Positions 43,257 to 54,955 of a DNA stretch of 64,000 bases are shown here, piece by piece. A program made the translations under genes and the position numbers. The stretch is taken from assembly GCA_965202665.1 (NCBI GenBank), contig OZ241841.1, positions 1,984,001-2,048,000 on the forward strand, read 5' to 3'. The DNA is from Candidatus Spongiisociaceae bacterium. GTDB taxonomy: Bacteria > Actinomycetota > Acidimicrobiia > Spongiisociales > Spongiisociaceae. A model generated the notes under the pieces. The model ran no database searches and was not told where the DNA came from. It saw only the letters and a program-made list of their open reading frames with translations. Position 1 is the stretch's first letter. The number at the start of each line of letters is the position of its first letter.

Positions 43257-46200
43257 GTGCGCGAGCTGTTCGATGAACTGAAAATTGGTTTGGCGTCCTC
43301 CGATCAGGTGCGGTCCTGGTCGTTCGGGGAGGTGAAGAAGCCGGAGACCATCAACTACCGCAGCTTGAAGCCGGAGAAGGACGGGCTGTTCGACGAGCGC
43401 ATTTTCGGTCCGCAGAAGGACTGGGAATGCTACTGCGGCAAATACAAGCGTTTTCGCTACCGGGGCATCGTGTGCGAAAAATGCGGCGTGGAGGTGACCC
43501 GCAAGGATGTGCGCCGGGATCGGATGGGCCACATCGACCTGGCCGCCCCGGTCACCCATATCTGGTTTTTCAAAGGAGTCCCCTCCCGGTTGGGGTATCT
43601 GCTGGACATGTCCCCCAAAAACCTGGAGATGATCATCTACTTTGCGGCCTACGTGATCACGGAAGTGGACGAAGGCAAACGGATGGTGGATCTGCCCGAC
43701 CTGGAGGAGCAGATGCGGGCCGAGTTGGAAATTGTGGGGGAGGAGTTGGAGGAGTGGCGGTTGGAGCGGCTGTCCCGGTTGGAGAAGCAGGTGGAGCAGA
43801 TGGAGGAGGCGGGGGCCAAGCTGGCGGAGGTGGCCACCGTGCGCCGCGAGGCGGAGCGGGAAATCAAGGATCGGGAGGAGAAAGCGGAGAAGGAACGCGA
43901 GTTGATCAAGGAGAGTTTTGCGGAATTTCGCGAGTTGCGTCCCAAAGATCTGGTGGAGCGGGAGGATTTGTGGAGGGAGATGCACGAACGCTACTCGGCC
44001 TACTTCGATGGGGGAATGGGGGCGGAGGCGGTGAAGAAATTGCTGTCCAAGGTGGATTTGGACGCCGAGATGGAGGAGTTGCGGGAAGGTTTGCAATCAT
44101 CGTCGGCGCAACGGAAACTGCGCTCCGGGCAACGTGTGAAGGTGGTGAAGCCCTTCTGGGAGGGCAAGCATTCGCCGGAGAGCATGATTATAGAGGCGGT
44201 TCCGGTCATCCCGCCTGAGTTGCGACCCATGGTGCAGTTGGACGGGGGGCGCTTCGCCACCTCCGACCTGAATGACCTGTACCGGCGGGTGATTAACCGC
44301 AACAATCGCCTGAAGCGGCTGTTGGGGTTGAACGCCCCCGAGATCATCATCAACAACGAGAAGCGCATGTTGCAGGAGGCGGTGGACGCCCTGTTCGACA
44401 ACGGGCGGCGGGGGCGGGCGGTGCCCGGTACCGGCAATCGTCCCTTGAAGTCTTTGACCGACATGTTGAAGGGCAAAGCGGGGCGGTTCCGGCAGAACCT
44501 GCTGGGGAAGCGAGTGGATTATTCCGGCCGGTCGGTGATCGTGGTGGGCCCGCAGTTGAAGTTGCATCAGTGCGGTTTGCCCAAGGTGATGGCGTTGGAG
44601 TTGTTCAAGCCGTTCGTGATGAAGCGGCTGGTGGACCGGGATTTGGCGGCCGGCATCAAGGCGGCCAAGCGGATGGTGGAGCGGCAACGTCCGCAGGTGT
44701 GGGACGTGTTGCGGGAGGTGATACAGGATCATCCGGTGTTGCTCAACCGGGCCCCCACTTTGCACCGGCTGGGGATTCAAGCTTTCGAACCGTTGCTGGT
44801 GGAAGGCAAAGCCATACAGATTCATCCCCTGGTGTGCGAGGCTTTCAACGCCGACTTCGACGGGGATCAGATGGCGGTGCATCTCCCCTTGTCTCCGGAG
44901 GCGCAGGCCGAGGCGCGGGTGCTGATGCTGTCCACCAACAACGTACGTTCCCCGGCCAGCGGCCATCCCATCGTGTCCCCCTCCCAGGACATGGTCATCG
45001 GCCTCTACTACCTGTCGGCGAATATCAAAAAAGAAGGCGCCTTGGGGACAGGCCGGTACTTTGCCGATCTGCCGGAGGCGTTGATGGCCTATGACTTGGG
45101 TGAGTTGGAAGTGCACGCCCCGATCAAAATTCGGATGGGCGATATGGCGGGCGACCCGCAGGTGCACGCCGAGCTGAAGGATCTGATCGGGTATCTGATC
45201 ACCGACCAACCGGTGGATGGCCAGGTTCCGATGGACACCACTTTGGGCAAGGCCTTACTCAACCAAGCCCTGCCCGCCGATTTCCCGTTGATCGACGCTC
45301 CTTTGTTGAAGAGCGGCATCAAAGACCTGCTCGCTGAGATCATCGACCGCTACGACAAGGCGGTGGTGCAACGCACTCTGGACGGGCTCAAGGATTTGGG
45401 TTTCGCCTTTTCCACCCAGGCGGGGCTCACCGTGGGTTTGAACGATGTGACCACCCCGCTCGACAAGCCGAAGATACTTAACGAGGCGGAGGACAGGGCG
45501 CAGAAGAAGGAACGAGAGTACCAGCAGGGGAGCATTACCGCCCAGGAACGGGATCAGGAGTTAGTGGAGATTTGGAGCGAAGCCACCGAAGAGTTAACCC
45601 AGAAGGTGCGCACTTCCCTGTCCGATCAGGACTTCAACCCCATTGATATGATGATGAGCTCCGGCGCCCGGGGCAACATCATGCAGGTGCGCCAGATAGC
45701 CGGTATTCGCGGCTTGGTGGCTAACAACCGCGGACGCATCATCCCCCGGCCCATCAGGTCTAATTTCCGAGAGGGGATGACTGTGCTGGAGTATTTCATG
45801 TCCACGCACGGGGCCCGCAAAGGTCTGACCGACACCGCTCTGAAAACCGCCGACGCTGGTTATCTGACCCGCCGCCTGGTGGATGTGTCCCAAGAGATTA
45901 TCGTCTCCGAAGAGGAATCGGAGGATCGGGGCATCGACATCCGCGTACGGGATGCAAAAGGCGATACCCTCCCCGACTTGCGCAACCGCATCTACGGGCG
46001 GGTGTTGGCCGAAGATGTGAAAGTGGATTACAAGTTGCGTATCACCCGCCCCGGTGATTCCAACTTCGAAGCTGGCCAAACCGTGGAGTTCACGAAGTTT
46101 GCGTCCGTCAAACGGGAGTTGTTGGAGGCTGGCAAAAAACCGGCCGAAGGTCGGCCGACGGGAGGTAAAACGGCCCTTACCAAGGATGGCGTGGCTCTGG

Positions 46201-48113
46201 AGGCGGGGGCGGTGATTGACCGCAAGGTGATGGTGGAACTGCAGGCTATGCCGGAAGTCGACTCGGTGCGGGTGCGTTCCCCGCTCACCGACGAGATCCG
46301 GCACGGCATCAGCCGCGCTTCCTACGGGCTGAGCATGTCCACCAACCAACTGGCGGAACCGGGCGAGGCGGTGGGGGTGATGGCCGCCCAGTCCATCGGC
46401 GAGCCGGGCACGCAGCTGACCATGCGCACCTTTCATACCGGGGGGGTGGCCGATGAAACGGATATCACCCACGGCCTGCCCCGGGTGGTGGAGTTGTTCG
46501 AAGCCCGCTCCCCCAAGGGAAAGGCCATCTTGGCCGAGGCCAGCGGAAAAGTGCGCATTGACGATGGTGAAGAGGGGGTGCGCGCTTTGGTAATCGAATC
46601 CCCCCGGAGCGGGGAAGTCAAATACCGCTTGTCCCCCAACGCCCGGTTGCGGCCCGGGGTGCGAGAGGGGGGTGAAGTCGCCGCCGGAGATCAACTTACC
46701 GAAGGGCCGTTGGATCCCAAAGAGGTGTGCCTCATCAGAGGAGTGCGGGCCTGTCAGCAGTATCTGGTGGATCAGGTGCAGGATGTGTACCGCAACCAGG
46801 GGGTGGAGATTCACGACAAGCACATCGAGCTGATCGTGCGGCAGATGTTGCGCAAAGTGCGCATCATCGAGCCCAACGACACCGATTTTCTGCCCATGCA
46901 GATGGTGGATCAGGGAGAGTTCCGGGACACCAACCGGGAGTTGGCGGCCGCGGGCAAGCAACCGGCCGAGGGCCGTCCGGAGCTGATGGGGATCACCAAG
47001 GCCTCGCTGGCTACCGAGTCCTGGTTGTCGGCCGCATCCTTCCAGGAAACCAGCCGCGTGCTCACCGAGGCGGCCATCAACGGACGCTCCGACTACCTGC
47101 GGGGACTGAAGGAGAACGTGATCATCGGCAAGCTGATTCCGGCCGGCACCGGTTCCGATGAATACCAGAAACTCCAACCCGAGCTGTCCCAGGCGCAGAT
47201 AACACCCCCCTTGACCGGAGCCGACTGGTTGGCCGTGCGGGAGATGGAAGTATTCACCGAAGAGGTCGCCGGTGAGGCCGAGGATAAGGCCGCCCAAGCC
47301 GAGGAGGCCCGGGCCAGGGCGGAGGAGAAAAAGGCGGAGGTGAACGCCGCCACTGACGATGCCGAGAAATATACTTTGAGGAGGGAAAGAGACGAAGAAT
47401 ATGAACGGGCCGCCCGCTATGACCGGGAGGCGGCCGAGGAGGAGGAGCGGGCCGCGGCCCGCAAGTTGGCCCATGCCCAAGCGAAGGCGGAGGAGGCCGA
47501 GGAAGCCGAAGCGGCCGCCCAGGAGAAAGAGTTGGAACAGGCTCGCAAAGAGGCGGAAAAGGCCCGGCAAGCGGTGGAGAAGGCCCGGGAGAAGGAAGAC
47601 AAGGCCGCCAAAACGCGCCGGGAGAGGGCCGCCAAAGAGGCGCAAAAATGGAAGGATCGGGCACAGCGGGCATTGCGAGAGGCCGAAGGGAAGCAGAAGC
47701 AGGTGGCTGATAAAACGGAGCAGGCTAAAGCCGCGCTGGATATAAGCGCAAAGGTGGATTTGGCGCGGCAGGTCGTGTCTGAATCCGAGAAGGTGATCCA
47801 AGGCGTACGGGAAGCGAGGAAAGCGGCAACGGTAGCCCAGGAGGCTGAAGTTAAGGCTGAGCTGGAAGATACAGAAGCGCCGCAGGTAATAGAGGACGCC
47901 GAACAGGTGATCCTAGATGTGGAGCAAAAGGTTCAGGAGTTGCGGGCCTCGCTGGATGCTCCCCAACAGGATGCGGGAGCTATTGACAGATCCCTCGACG
48001 AGAACCGCGAGTCCTTGACGAGGATGGCCGTTACCTTGCAGAAGTTCACCGACTGGTTGAAAAAAATCGGCGAGCTCGTCGCCGATGCCCTAAAGAAACT
48101 GCTGGGAGGGTAA
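43257..48113 (+). CDS. rpoC: DNA-directed RNA polymerase subunit beta' (1618 aa, atypical)
   Basis: N-terminal Zn finger, NADFDGDQM, bridge helix, [27 protein letters not shown] followed by a long helical tail. Confidence 0.97.
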   Translation: MRELFDELKIGLASSDQVRSWSFGEVKKPETINYRSLKPEKDGLFDERIFGPQKDWECYCGKYKRFRYRGIVCEKCGVEVTRKDVRRDRMGHIDLAAPVTHIWFFKGVPSRLGYLLDMSPKNLEMIIYFAAYVITEVDEGKRMVDLPDLEEQMRAELEIVGEELEEWRLERLSRLEKQVEQMEEAGAKLAEVATVRREAEREIKDREEKAEKERELIKESFAEFRELRPKDLVEREDLWREMHERYSAYFDGGMGAEAVKKLLSKVDLDAEMEELREGLQSSSAQRKLRSGQRVKVVKPFWEGKHSPESMIIEAVPVIPPELRPMVQLDGGRFATSDLNDLYRRVINRNNRLKRLLGLNAPEIIINNEKRMLQEAVDALFDNGRRGRAVPGTGNRPLKSLTDMLKGKAGRFRQNLLGKRVDYSGRSVIVVGPQLKLHQCGLPKVMALELFKPFVMKRLVDRDLAAGIKAAKRMVERQRPQVWDVLREVIQDHPVLLNRAPTLHRLGIQAFEPLLVEGKAIQIHPLVCEAFNADFDGDQMAVHLPLSPEAQAEARVLMLSTNNVRSPASGHPIVSPSQDMVIGLYYLSANIKKEGALGTGRYFADLPEALMAYDLGELEVHAPIKIRMGDMAGDPQVHAELKDLIGYLITDQPVDGQVPMDTTLGKALLNQALPADFPLIDAPLLKSGIKDLLAEIIDRYDKAVVQRTLDGLKDLGFAFSTQAGLTVGLNDVTTPLDKPKILNEAEDRAQKKEREYQQGSITAQERDQELVEIWSEATEELTQKVRTSLSDQDFNPIDMMMSSGARGNIMQVRQIAGIRGLVANNRGRIIPRPIRSNFREGMTVLEYFMSTHGARKGLTDTALKTADAGYLTRRLVDVSQEIIVSEEESEDRGIDIRVRDAKGDTLPDLRNRIYGRVLAEDVKVDYKLRITRPGDSNFEAGQTVEFTKFASVKRELLEAGKKPAEGRPTGGKTALTKDGVALEAGAVIDRKVMVELQAMPEVDSVRVRSPLTDEIRHGISRASYGLSMSTNQLAEPGEAVGVMAAQSIGEPGTQLTMRTFHTGGVADETDITHGLPRVVELFEARSPKGKAILAEASGKVRIDDGEEGVRALVIESPRSGEVKYRLSPNARLRPGVREGGEVAAGDQLTEGPLDPKEVCLIRGVRACQQYLVDQVQDVYRNQGVEIHDKHIELIVRQMLRKVRIIEPNDTDFLPMQMVDQGEFRDTNRELAAAGKQPAEGRPELMGITKASLATESWLSAASFQETSRVLTEAAINGRSDYLRGLKENVIIGKLIPAGTGSDEYQKLQPELSQAQITPPLTGADWLAVREMEVFTEEVAGEAEDKAAQAEEARARAEEKKAEVNAATDDAEKYTLRRERDEEYERAARYDREAAEEEERAAARKLAHAQAKAEEAEEAEAAAQEKELEQARKEAEKARQAVEKAREKEDKAAKTRRERAAKEAQKWKDRAQRALREAEGKQKQVADKTEQAKAALDISAKVDLARQVVSESEKVIQGVREARKAATVAQEAEVKAELEDTEAPQVIEDAEQVILDVEQKVQELRASLDAPQQDAGAIDRSLDENRESLTRMAVTLQKFTDWLKKIGELVADALKKLLGG

Positions 48114-48115
48114 GA

Positions 48116-48472
48116 TTGTCGTACGGGGAATCTCTTAACCCGCTTCAGCTTTTTGGGGCGGCGCCCTTCGCTGGCCACGAGGGCAATCCGGCGGACTTCT
48201 CCCGTACGCTTAACGCTGTTCGGATTGGCGTTTCATGGAAGGGTCCTTTCAGTGATGCCATACAACTCATCGAGGCCGCTACTAAGTTGCCCGTGACGGC
48301 CGGCGGGGAGTTGGAGGGGCATATGGCGATCGCGGCGGGGAAAGCCATCGAGGCGGTAATGGGGCAAGTCTTTGAACTGCAGGCGGAGGCGCGCCGGTGC
48401 TTTTCTGCGGAGGCCATCGCCCATGCCGAGCGATGGCTGGCGGAAAACAGCCCCGCTGGAAACGGACGATGA
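48116..48472 (+). CDS. Hypothetical protein, 118 aa
   Basis: TTG start 2 nt after rpoC stop with GGAGG upstream; fills the gap before the str promoter; no family recognised. Confidence 0.45.
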   Translation: MSYGESLNPLQLFGAAPFAGHEGNPADFSRTLNAVRIGVSWKGPFSDAIQLIEAATKLPVTAGGELEGHMAIAAGKAIEAVMGQVFELQAEARRCFSAEAIAHAERWLAENSPAGNGR

Positions 48473-48504
48473 GGCGCGTGGCGGTTGCGAAAGGGGTCCC
48501 TGTT

Positions 48505-48534
48505 TTGACATAGCGGCGGGCCGGTCTGTATAAT
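48505..48534 (+). promoter_or_regulatory. str operon promoter
   Basis: TTGACA-N18-TATAAT. Confidence 0.85.
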
Positions 48535-48723
48535 GCGGGCCGTGCTTGCGCACATATTTACTCTCGTGCCCTGAGGGCCGGTGGTCCCGCCGCTGGCAAC
48601 CGCAAGGTGGCGGGAACCCACACAAGAGAGTTGGCGCGTCGCATCGCCGGCGGGCCGATTACAGAAAACGAACGGGCAGGGTTGCCCGCGTCTTGCGCGC
48701 CTGCCCGCCCGCGAGGAGCAATT

Positions 48724-49095
48724 TTGCCAACCATACAACAGTTGGTGCGCCGGGGCCGCAAGCCCAAGGCGCGCAAGGAGAAGACGCCGGGTCTGGCCGG
48801 TTCCCCCCAGCGGCGGGGGGTGTGCACCCGCGTCTACATCATCACCCCCAAAAAGCCCAACTCCGCCCAGCGCAAAGCGTGCCGGGTGCGGCTCACCTCG
48901 GGAGTGGAGGTGACCGCCTACATCCCCGGCGAGGGGCACAACCTGCAGGAGCATTCCATCGTGCTCATCCGGGGCGGCCGGGTGCGCGACTTGCCCGGGG
49001 TGCGTTACAAGGTCATCCGGGGGGCTTTGGATGCGGCCGGCGTGGACGGCCGCCGTCAGGCCCGTTCCCGCTACGGAACGAAACGGGAGCGATAA
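48724..49095 (+). CDS. rpsL: 30S ribosomal protein S12
   Basis: (M)[30 protein letters not shown]; TTG start after GAGGAG. Confidence 0.97.
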   Translation: MPTIQQLVRRGRKPKARKEKTPGLAGSPQRRGVCTRVYIITPKKPNSAQRKACRVRLTSGVEVTAYIPGEGHNLQEHSIVLIRGGRVRDLPGVRYKVIRGALDAAGVDGRRQARSRYGTKRER

Positions 49096-49096
49096 G

Positions 49097-49564
49097 ATGC
49101 GCCGCGCCCCCGCTCAACGCCGCCAGATCGAACCGGATCCGTTGTTCCGCAACATGCTGGTATCCCAGATAATCAACCAGGTTTTGCTGCGGGGCAAAAA
49201 GAACAAAGCCCGGCGCATCGTCTACGGGGCCTTGGAGTTGGTGGAAAGCCGCAGCGGCCAGGATTCCATACAGGTGTTGAAGCGGGCCATCGACAACCTC
49301 CGTCCGCAGGTGGAGGTGCGCACCCGCCGGGTGGGGGGCACCTCCTACCAGGTGCCGATGGACGTCCGCCCCCGCCGCGCCTCCACTTTGGCCATCCGCT
49401 GGCTGATCGGGTTCGCCCGCCGCCGCCGGGAGAAGTCCATGGCCCATCGGCTGGCCGCCGAAATTATGGATGCCGCCAACAACACCGGGGCGGCCGTCAA
49501 ACGCAAAGAAGACGTCCACAAGATGGCCGAATCCAACAAGGCCTTCGCCCACTACCGCTGGTAA
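49097..49564 (+). CDS. rpsG: 30S ribosomal protein S7
   Basis: [26 protein letters not shown]. Confidence 0.97.
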   Translation: MRRAPAQRRQIEPDPLFRNMLVSQIINQVLLRGKKNKARRIVYGALELVESRSGQDSIQVLKRAIDNLRPQVEVRTRRVGGTSYQVPMDVRPRRASTLAIRWLIGFARRRREKSMAHRLAAEIMDAANNTGAAVKRKEDVHKMAESNKAFAHYRW

Positions 49565-49568
49565 GACA

Positions 49569-51671
49569 ATGAGCTCCCCCCTTGCCCGACTCCGTCAGTT
49601 TCCGCTGAGCCGCACTCGCAACATCGGGATCATGGCCCATATCGACGCCGGCAAGACCACCCTCACCGAGCGGGTCCTCTACTACACCGGACGCACCTAC
49701 AAGTTGGGCGAGGTGCACGAGGGGGCGGCGGTGATGGACTGGATGGAGCAGGAGCAGGAGCGGGGCATCACCATCACCTCCGCCGCCACCACCTGCGAGT
49801 GGCATGAGCATTGGATCAACATCATCGACACCCCCGGCCATGTGGATTTCACCGTGGAGGTGGAACGTTCCTTGCGGGTGCTGGATGGGGCGGTGGCCGT
49901 CTTCGACGCGGTGGCCGGCGTGGAGCCGCAGTCGGAGACTGTTTGGCGGCAGGCCGACCGCTACGAGGTGCCCCGCATCTGTTTCATCAACAAGATGGAC
50001 CGGGTGGGGGCCGACTTCTACGCGGCCGTGGATTCCATCCGTGACCGGTTGGACGCCGTTCCGCTGGTGATGCAGATCCCGATCGGCTCCGAAGCCGGGT
50101 TCACCGGGGTGGTGGACCTGGTGGAGATGAGGGCGCACACCTGGCAGGGCGACGACGGCCGCACTTGGAACACCGGCCCCATCCCCGATGAATATCTGGC
50201 GACCGCCTCCGAATACCGGGGCCGGATGCTGGAGCAGGTGGCGGAAGTCGACGAGAAACTGCTGGAGAAGTACCTGGAGGACTTGGACATTTCCCCGGGC
50301 GAGATCACCATGGCGGTGCGGGCGGGCGTCCTGCAACATTTATTCAATCCGGTGCTGTGCGGGGCCGCTTTCAAAAACAAGGGAGTGCAACTGTTGCTGG
50401 ACGCGGTGGTGGATTACCTGCCCAGCCCGGTGGACCTGCCCGCCGTGTCCGGGTTCGTCCCCGGTCGCGAGGATCAGACTTTGCATCGCCCCCCCGCCGA
50501 CGACCAGCCCTTCTCCGCCTTGGCCTTCAAAGTGATCAGCGACCCGCATGTGGGCAAACTCACCTATTTCCGAGTTTATTCCGGCCAAGCCTCCAAGGGC
50601 GGAACCCTGCTCAACACCGCCAGCGGGCGCAAGGAACGGCTGGGACGCCTGTTGCGCATGCACGCCAACCATCGGGAGGACCGGGAGGATGTGTTCACCG
50701 GCGATATCGTGGCCGCGGTGGGACTGAAGCACACCACCACCGGCGACACCCTCAGCTCCGTGCGGGACCCGATCGCCTTGGAGTCGATGTCCTTTCCGGC
50801 TCCGGTGATTTCGGTGGCTATCGAACCCCGTTCCAAGGCCGACCAGGAAAAATTGTCCGAGTCACTCAGCCGGTTGGCCGAAGAGGACCCCACCTTTTTG
50901 GTGCGCTCCGACGAAGAAACCGGGCAGACCATCATCTCCGGGATGGGCGAGTTGCATTTGGACATCTTGGTGGACCGGCTGGTGCGGGAGTTTCGGGTGG
51001 ACGCCAATGTGGGCCGCCCGCAGGTGGCCTACCGGGAAACCATCCGCGGCCCGGTGGAGAAGATGGAGGTGCGCCATATCAAGCAGAGCGGCGGCCGGGG
51101 CCAGTATGCGGTGGTGGTCGTTTCTTTGGAGCCCACCGGTCCCGGGGGCGGCTTCGAGTTCGTGGACGAAATCAAAGGAGGCTCGGTTCCCCGCGAGTTC
51201 ATCCCCTCCGTCTCGGCCGGCATCCAAAACGCCCTGGACCAGGGGGTGCTGGCCGGCTATCCGCTGGTGGACGTACGGGCCCGCTTGGTGGACGGCTCCG
51301 CCCACGATGTTGATTCCTCGGAGATGGCTTTCCGCATCGCCGGGTCCCTGGCCCTGCGGGAAGCGGCCCGCCGGGCGGGCGTCAAAATGCTGGAGCCGGT
51401 GATGGCGGTGGAGGTGGTCACCCCCGAGGAATATATGGGGGAGGTCATCGGCGACCTATCCGCCCGGCGGGGTAGAATAGGGGAAACCAACCAGCGGGGT
51501 TCGGTGCGGGTGGTAACCGCCCGGGTTCCGTTGGCCGAAATGTTCGGATACGTGACCGACCTGCGGTCCAAGACCCAGGGCCGGGCCACTTCCACCATGC
51601 AATTTCATTCATACGACGACGTGCCCGAGCAGGTCGCCGGCGAGATAGTAGCCGCCGCCCGCGGCGAATAG
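49569..51671 (+). CDS. fusA: Elongation factor G
   Basis: [41 protein letters not shown]. Confidence 0.98.
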   Translation: MSSPLARLRQFPLSRTRNIGIMAHIDAGKTTLTERVLYYTGRTYKLGEVHEGAAVMDWMEQEQERGITITSAATTCEWHEHWINIIDTPGHVDFTVEVERSLRVLDGAVAVFDAVAGVEPQSETVWRQADRYEVPRICFINKMDRVGADFYAAVDSIRDRLDAVPLVMQIPIGSEAGFTGVVDLVEMRAHTWQGDDGRTWNTGPIPDEYLATASEYRGRMLEQVAEVDEKLLEKYLEDLDISPGEITMAVRAGVLQHLFNPVLCGAAFKNKGVQLLLDAVVDYLPSPVDLPAVSGFVPGREDQTLHRPPADDQPFSALAFKVISDPHVGKLTYFRVYSGQASKGGTLLNTASGRKERLGRLLRMHANHREDREDVFTGDIVAAVGLKHTTTGDTLSSVRDPIALESMSFPAPVISVAIEPRSKADQEKLSESLSRLAEEDPTFLVRSDEETGQTIISGMGELHLDILVDRLVREFRVDANVGRPQVAYRETIRGPVEKMEVRHIKQSGGRGQYAVVVVSLEPTGPGGGFEFVDEIKGGSVPREFIPSVSAGIQNALDQGVLAGYPLVDVRARLVDGSAHDVDSSEMAFRIAGSLALREAARRAGVKMLEPVMAVEVVTPEEYMGEVIGDLSARRGRIGETNQRGSVRVVTARVPLAEMFGYVTDLRSKTQGRATSTMQFHSYDDVPEQVAGEIVAAARGE

Positions 51672-51688
51672 AACAGGAGGTAAGGGAA

Positions 51689-52879
51689 ATGGGGAAGCCG
51701 AGGTTTGAGCGTTCGAAGCCGCATGTGAATGTGGGGACGATGGGTCATATTGATCATGGGAAGACGACGTTGACGGCGGCGGTGACGCGGGTGTTGGCGG
51801 AGCGGGTGGGGGGTGTGAATGTTTTTTCGGCGTTTGATGAGATTGATAAGGCTCCGGAGGAGCGGGAGCGGGGGATTACGATTTCGATTGCGCATGTGGA
51901 GTATGAGACGGAGAGTAGGCATTATGCGCATGTGGATATGCCGGGGCATGCGGATTATATTAAGAATATGATTACGGGGGCGGCGCAGGTGGATGGGGCG
52001 GTGTTGGTGGTGTCGGCGGCGGATGGTCCGATGCCGCAGACGAGGGAGCATGTGTTGTTGGCGAGGCAGGTGGGGGTGCCGTGTGTGGTGGTGGCGTTGA
52101 ATAAGGTGGATTTGGTGGATGATGGGGAGTTGTTGGATTTGGTGGAGTTGGAGGTGCGGGAGTTGTTGGGGGAGTATGGGTTTGATGGGGATGGGGCTCC
52201 GGTGGTGCGGGTGTCGGCGTTGGGGGCGTTGGAGGGTGATGTGGGGGCGGGGGATGGGGTGATGGAGTTGTTGGGGGCGGTGGATGAGTTTGTGCCGGTG
52301 CCGGAGCGGCCGGTGGATTTGCCGTTTTTGATGCCGATTGAGGATGTGTTTTCGATTACGGGGCGGGGGACGGTGGTGACGGGGAAGGTGGAGGCGGGGG
52401 TGTTGCGGGTGGGGGGGGATGTGGAGGTGGTGGGGATTAGGGAGACGAGGAGGTCGGTGGCGACGGGGGTGGAGATGTTTCGTAAGTTGTTGGATGAGGG
52501 GAGGGCGGGGGATAATGTGGGGGTGTTGTTGCGGGGGGTGGGGAAGGATGAGGTGGAGCGGGGGCAGGTGTTGGCGGCTCCGGGGTCGATTACGCCGCAT
52601 ACGGTGTTTGAGGCGCAGGTGTATGTGTTGACGAAGGAGGAGGGGGGGAGGCATAATCCGTTTTTCTCGGGTTATCAGCCGCAGTTTTATTTTAGGACGA
52701 CGGATGTGACGGGGAAGGTGGAGTTGCCTGGGGGGGTGGAGATGGTGATGCCGGGTGATAACACGACGATGACGGTCACGTTGGGGTCTCCTATTGCGAT
52801 GGACGAGGGTTTGCGGTTCGCCATCCGGGAGGGGGGCCGCACGGTGGGGGCGGGCACCGTCACCCAAATCCACAAGTAA
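51689..52879 (+). CDS. tuf: Elongation factor Tu (extreme G/T third-position bias)
   Basis: [41 protein letters not shown]. Confidence 0.98.
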   Translation: MGKPRFERSKPHVNVGTMGHIDHGKTTLTAAVTRVLAERVGGVNVFSAFDEIDKAPEERERGITISIAHVEYETESRHYAHVDMPGHADYIKNMITGAAQVDGAVLVVSAADGPMPQTREHVLLARQVGVPCVVVALNKVDLVDDGELLDLVELEVRELLGEYGFDGDGAPVVRVSALGALEGDVGAGDGVMELLGAVDEFVPVPERPVDLPFLMPIEDVFSITGRGTVVTGKVEAGVLRVGGDVEVVGIRETRRSVATGVEMFRKLLDEGRAGDNVGVLLRGVGKDEVERGQVLAAPGSITPHTVFEAQVYVLTKEEGGRHNPFFSGYQPQFYFRTTDVTGKVELPGGVEMVMPGDNTTMTVTLGSPIAMDEGLRFAIREGGRTVGAGTVTQIHK

Positions 52880-52907
52880 CCGACAAGAACCGAACGGGAA
52901 CGGGAAG

Positions 52908-53216
52908 ATGAAAAACTACAAGATCCGCATCAAACTGAAGGCGTACGATCACCAGGTGATCGACGAGTCGGCGCGCAAGATCGCCGAAACCGTTATCCGC
53001 ACCCAAGCCACCGTGCGCGGCCCCATCCCCCTTCCCACCAAGATCCAGCGCTACTGCGTCATACGTTCCCCGCACGTTTATAAAGACTCCCGCGAGCATT
53101 TTGAGATACGAACCCACAAGCGGCTGTTGGACATCCTCGATCCCACCCCCAACACGGTGGAGTCCCTGATGCGCTTGGACCTGCCCGCCGGGGTGGAAGC
53201 GGAGATCGAGACATGA
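52908..53216 (+). CDS. rpsJ: 30S ribosomal protein S10
   Basis: [30 protein letters not shown]. Confidence 0.97.
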   Translation: MKNYKIRIKLKAYDHQVIDESARKIAETVIRTQATVRGPIPLPTKIQRYCVIRSPHVYKDSREHFEIRTHKRLLDILDPTPNTVESLMRLDLPAGVEAEIET

Positions 53217-53848
53217 GTTTGACCACCATTGTCGGCGAAAAGGTGGGGATGACGCAGATCTTCGATGAGGAGGCGCGGGCCCTCCCGGTAACGGTTATCA
53301 AAGCCGGCCCCTGCCGTATCGTCCAGATACGCACCCCCGAAACCGACGGCTATTCCGCCGTCCAGCTCGGTTACGGCCAAGCCCGCGGCGCCAATCGCCC
53401 CGTTTCCGGTCATTACGCCAAAGCCGGGGTGGAGCCCGCCCGGCGGTTGGTGGAAGTGCGGGTGGACGATGTTTCCGAGTTTGCGGTGGGGCAGGAGATC
53501 AAGGTGGAGGACATTTTCCAGCCGGGCGGCAAGGCGGATGTAACCGGCGTTTCCAAAGGCAAAGGTTTCCAGGGGGTGATGAAACGACACAACTTCCGGG
53601 GTCAGAAGGCCAGCCACGGCGCCCACAAAATCCATCGCGCTCCGGGGGCCATCGGGGCTTGCGCCACCCCCGCCCGGGTGTTCAAAGGAACCAAGTTGCC
53701 GGGCCGCATGGGGGCGGAGCGGGTCACCGTCCTCAACTTGGCGGTGGTGGGCGTGGACGCCGAACAGGGCCTGCTTTTACTGCAGGGGGCGGTGCCCGGC
53801 CCCAAAGGGGCGATGGTGTTCGTGCGGGAGGCGGTCAAGAATGCCTGA
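53213..53848 (+). CDS. rplC: 50S ribosomal protein L3
   Basis: [21 protein letters not shown]. Confidence 0.97.
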   Translation: MSLTTIVGEKVGMTQIFDEEARALPVTVIKAGPCRIVQIRTPETDGYSAVQLGYGQARGANRPVSGHYAKAGVEPARRLVEVRVDDVSEFAVGQEIKVEDIFQPGGKADVTGVSKGKGFQGVMKRHNFRGQKASHGAHKIHRAPGAIGACATPARVFKGTKLPGRMGAERVTVLNLAVVGVDAEQGLLLLQGAVPGPKGAMVFVREAVKNA

Positions 53849-54674
53849 TCTGTCCGCCCCCCTCTACGATTCCGCCGGAACCGAAAAGGGAGAGGTGGAG
53901 TTGGACGCCGACCTGTTCGGGGTGGAACCCAACCGGGCGGTGATGCACCAGGCGACGGTGGCCTATTTGGCGGGACGGCGGTCGGGAACCGCCAAAGTCA
54001 AATCCCGCTCCGAAGTGCGGGGGGGAGGCCGCAAGCCTTGGCGGCAGAAAGGTTTGGGACGGTCCCGGCACGGGTCCATCCGCTCGCCCCTGTGGGTGGG
54101 GGGCGGCTCCGCTCACGGACCCCGGCCCCGCACCTACGCCCAGCGCACCCCCAAGAAGATGCGCGGCTTGGCCCTGCGCAGCGCCCTGTCCTGCCGGGCG
54201 GCGGAAGGGGCGGTGAAAGTGGTGGAAGATTTTGAATGGGACGTCCCCCGCACCCGGCGGGCGGCCGAGTTGCTAGCCGCCATCGGGGCGGACGGCAAGG
54301 CCTTGGTGGTGTTGGCCGGCGGGCAGGGGACGGCCGAAGCCTCTTTCCGCAACCTGCCGCAGGTGATTTTGGGCCGGGCGGGCCACCTTAACGCCTATGA
54401 CGTGCTCTGGTCGGACACGGTGGTGTTTTCCGGTTCGGCCCTGTCCTATCCGGATCCGTTCGTCGCTCCCGGACAGGAAGCAGTCCCCGCCGCCGATTCC
54501 GAAGAAGATGTTCCCCTCCCCGAATCTCCCCCAACCGGGGAAACCGATGAAGGCGAGGCCCCGGTTGCCGAAACTCCGCCCGCGGACTCCGATTCCGAAT
54601 CAGATTCCGAATCTGCGCCGGAGGGCGGGGAAGAGGACTCCGGGGAAGAAGAAGAGGAGGGGGCGAATGTCTGA
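53841..54674 (+). CDS. rplD: 50S ribosomal protein L4 (acidic tail)
   Basis: [22 protein letters not shown]. Confidence 0.96.
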   Translation: MPDLSAPLYDSAGTEKGEVELDADLFGVEPNRAVMHQATVAYLAGRRSGTAKVKSRSEVRGGGRKPWRQKGLGRSRHGSIRSPLWVGGGSAHGPRPRTYAQRTPKKMRGLALRSALSCRAAEGAVKVVEDFEWDVPRTRRAAELLAAIGADGKALVVLAGGQGTAEASFRNLPQVILGRAGHLNAYDVLWSDTVVFSGSALSYPDPFVAPGQEAVPAADSEEDVPLPESPPTGETDEGEAPVAETPPADSDSESDSESAPEGGEEDSGEEEEEGANV

Positions 54675-54954
54675 TCCCCGCGACCTCATCCTGGAGCCGG
54701 TGGTGTCGGAGAAGTCCTACGATCTCATCGAGCAACACAACACCTACACCTTTTTGGTGGATCGGCGGGCCACCAAAGATCAGATCCGCCACGCTATGGA
54801 GCGGATCTTCGATGTGCGGGTGGTCAAGGTCAACACCCTCATTCGCCGCGGCAAACGCAAGCGCACCCGATGGGTGATGGGGCGCCGTTCCGACATCAAG
54901 CGGGCCATGGTCACCTTGGCCCCCGGCGATTCCGTCGACGTGTTCGGGGTGTGA
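54667..54954 (+). CDS. rplW: 50S ribosomal protein L23
   Basis: [24 protein letters not shown]. Confidence 0.95.
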   Translation: MSDPRDLILEPVVSEKSYDLIEQHNTYTFLVDRRATKDQIRHAMERIFDVRVVKVNTLIRRGKRKRTRWVMGRRSDIKRAMVTLAPGDSVDVFGV

Positions 54955-54955
54955 G

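Noticed and set aside
43690-44110. Second tuf-like G/T-saturated tract in rpoC
   Set aside because: G richness is largely due to the Glu/Arg-rich actinobacterial coiled-coil insertion, and C-ending codons still occur
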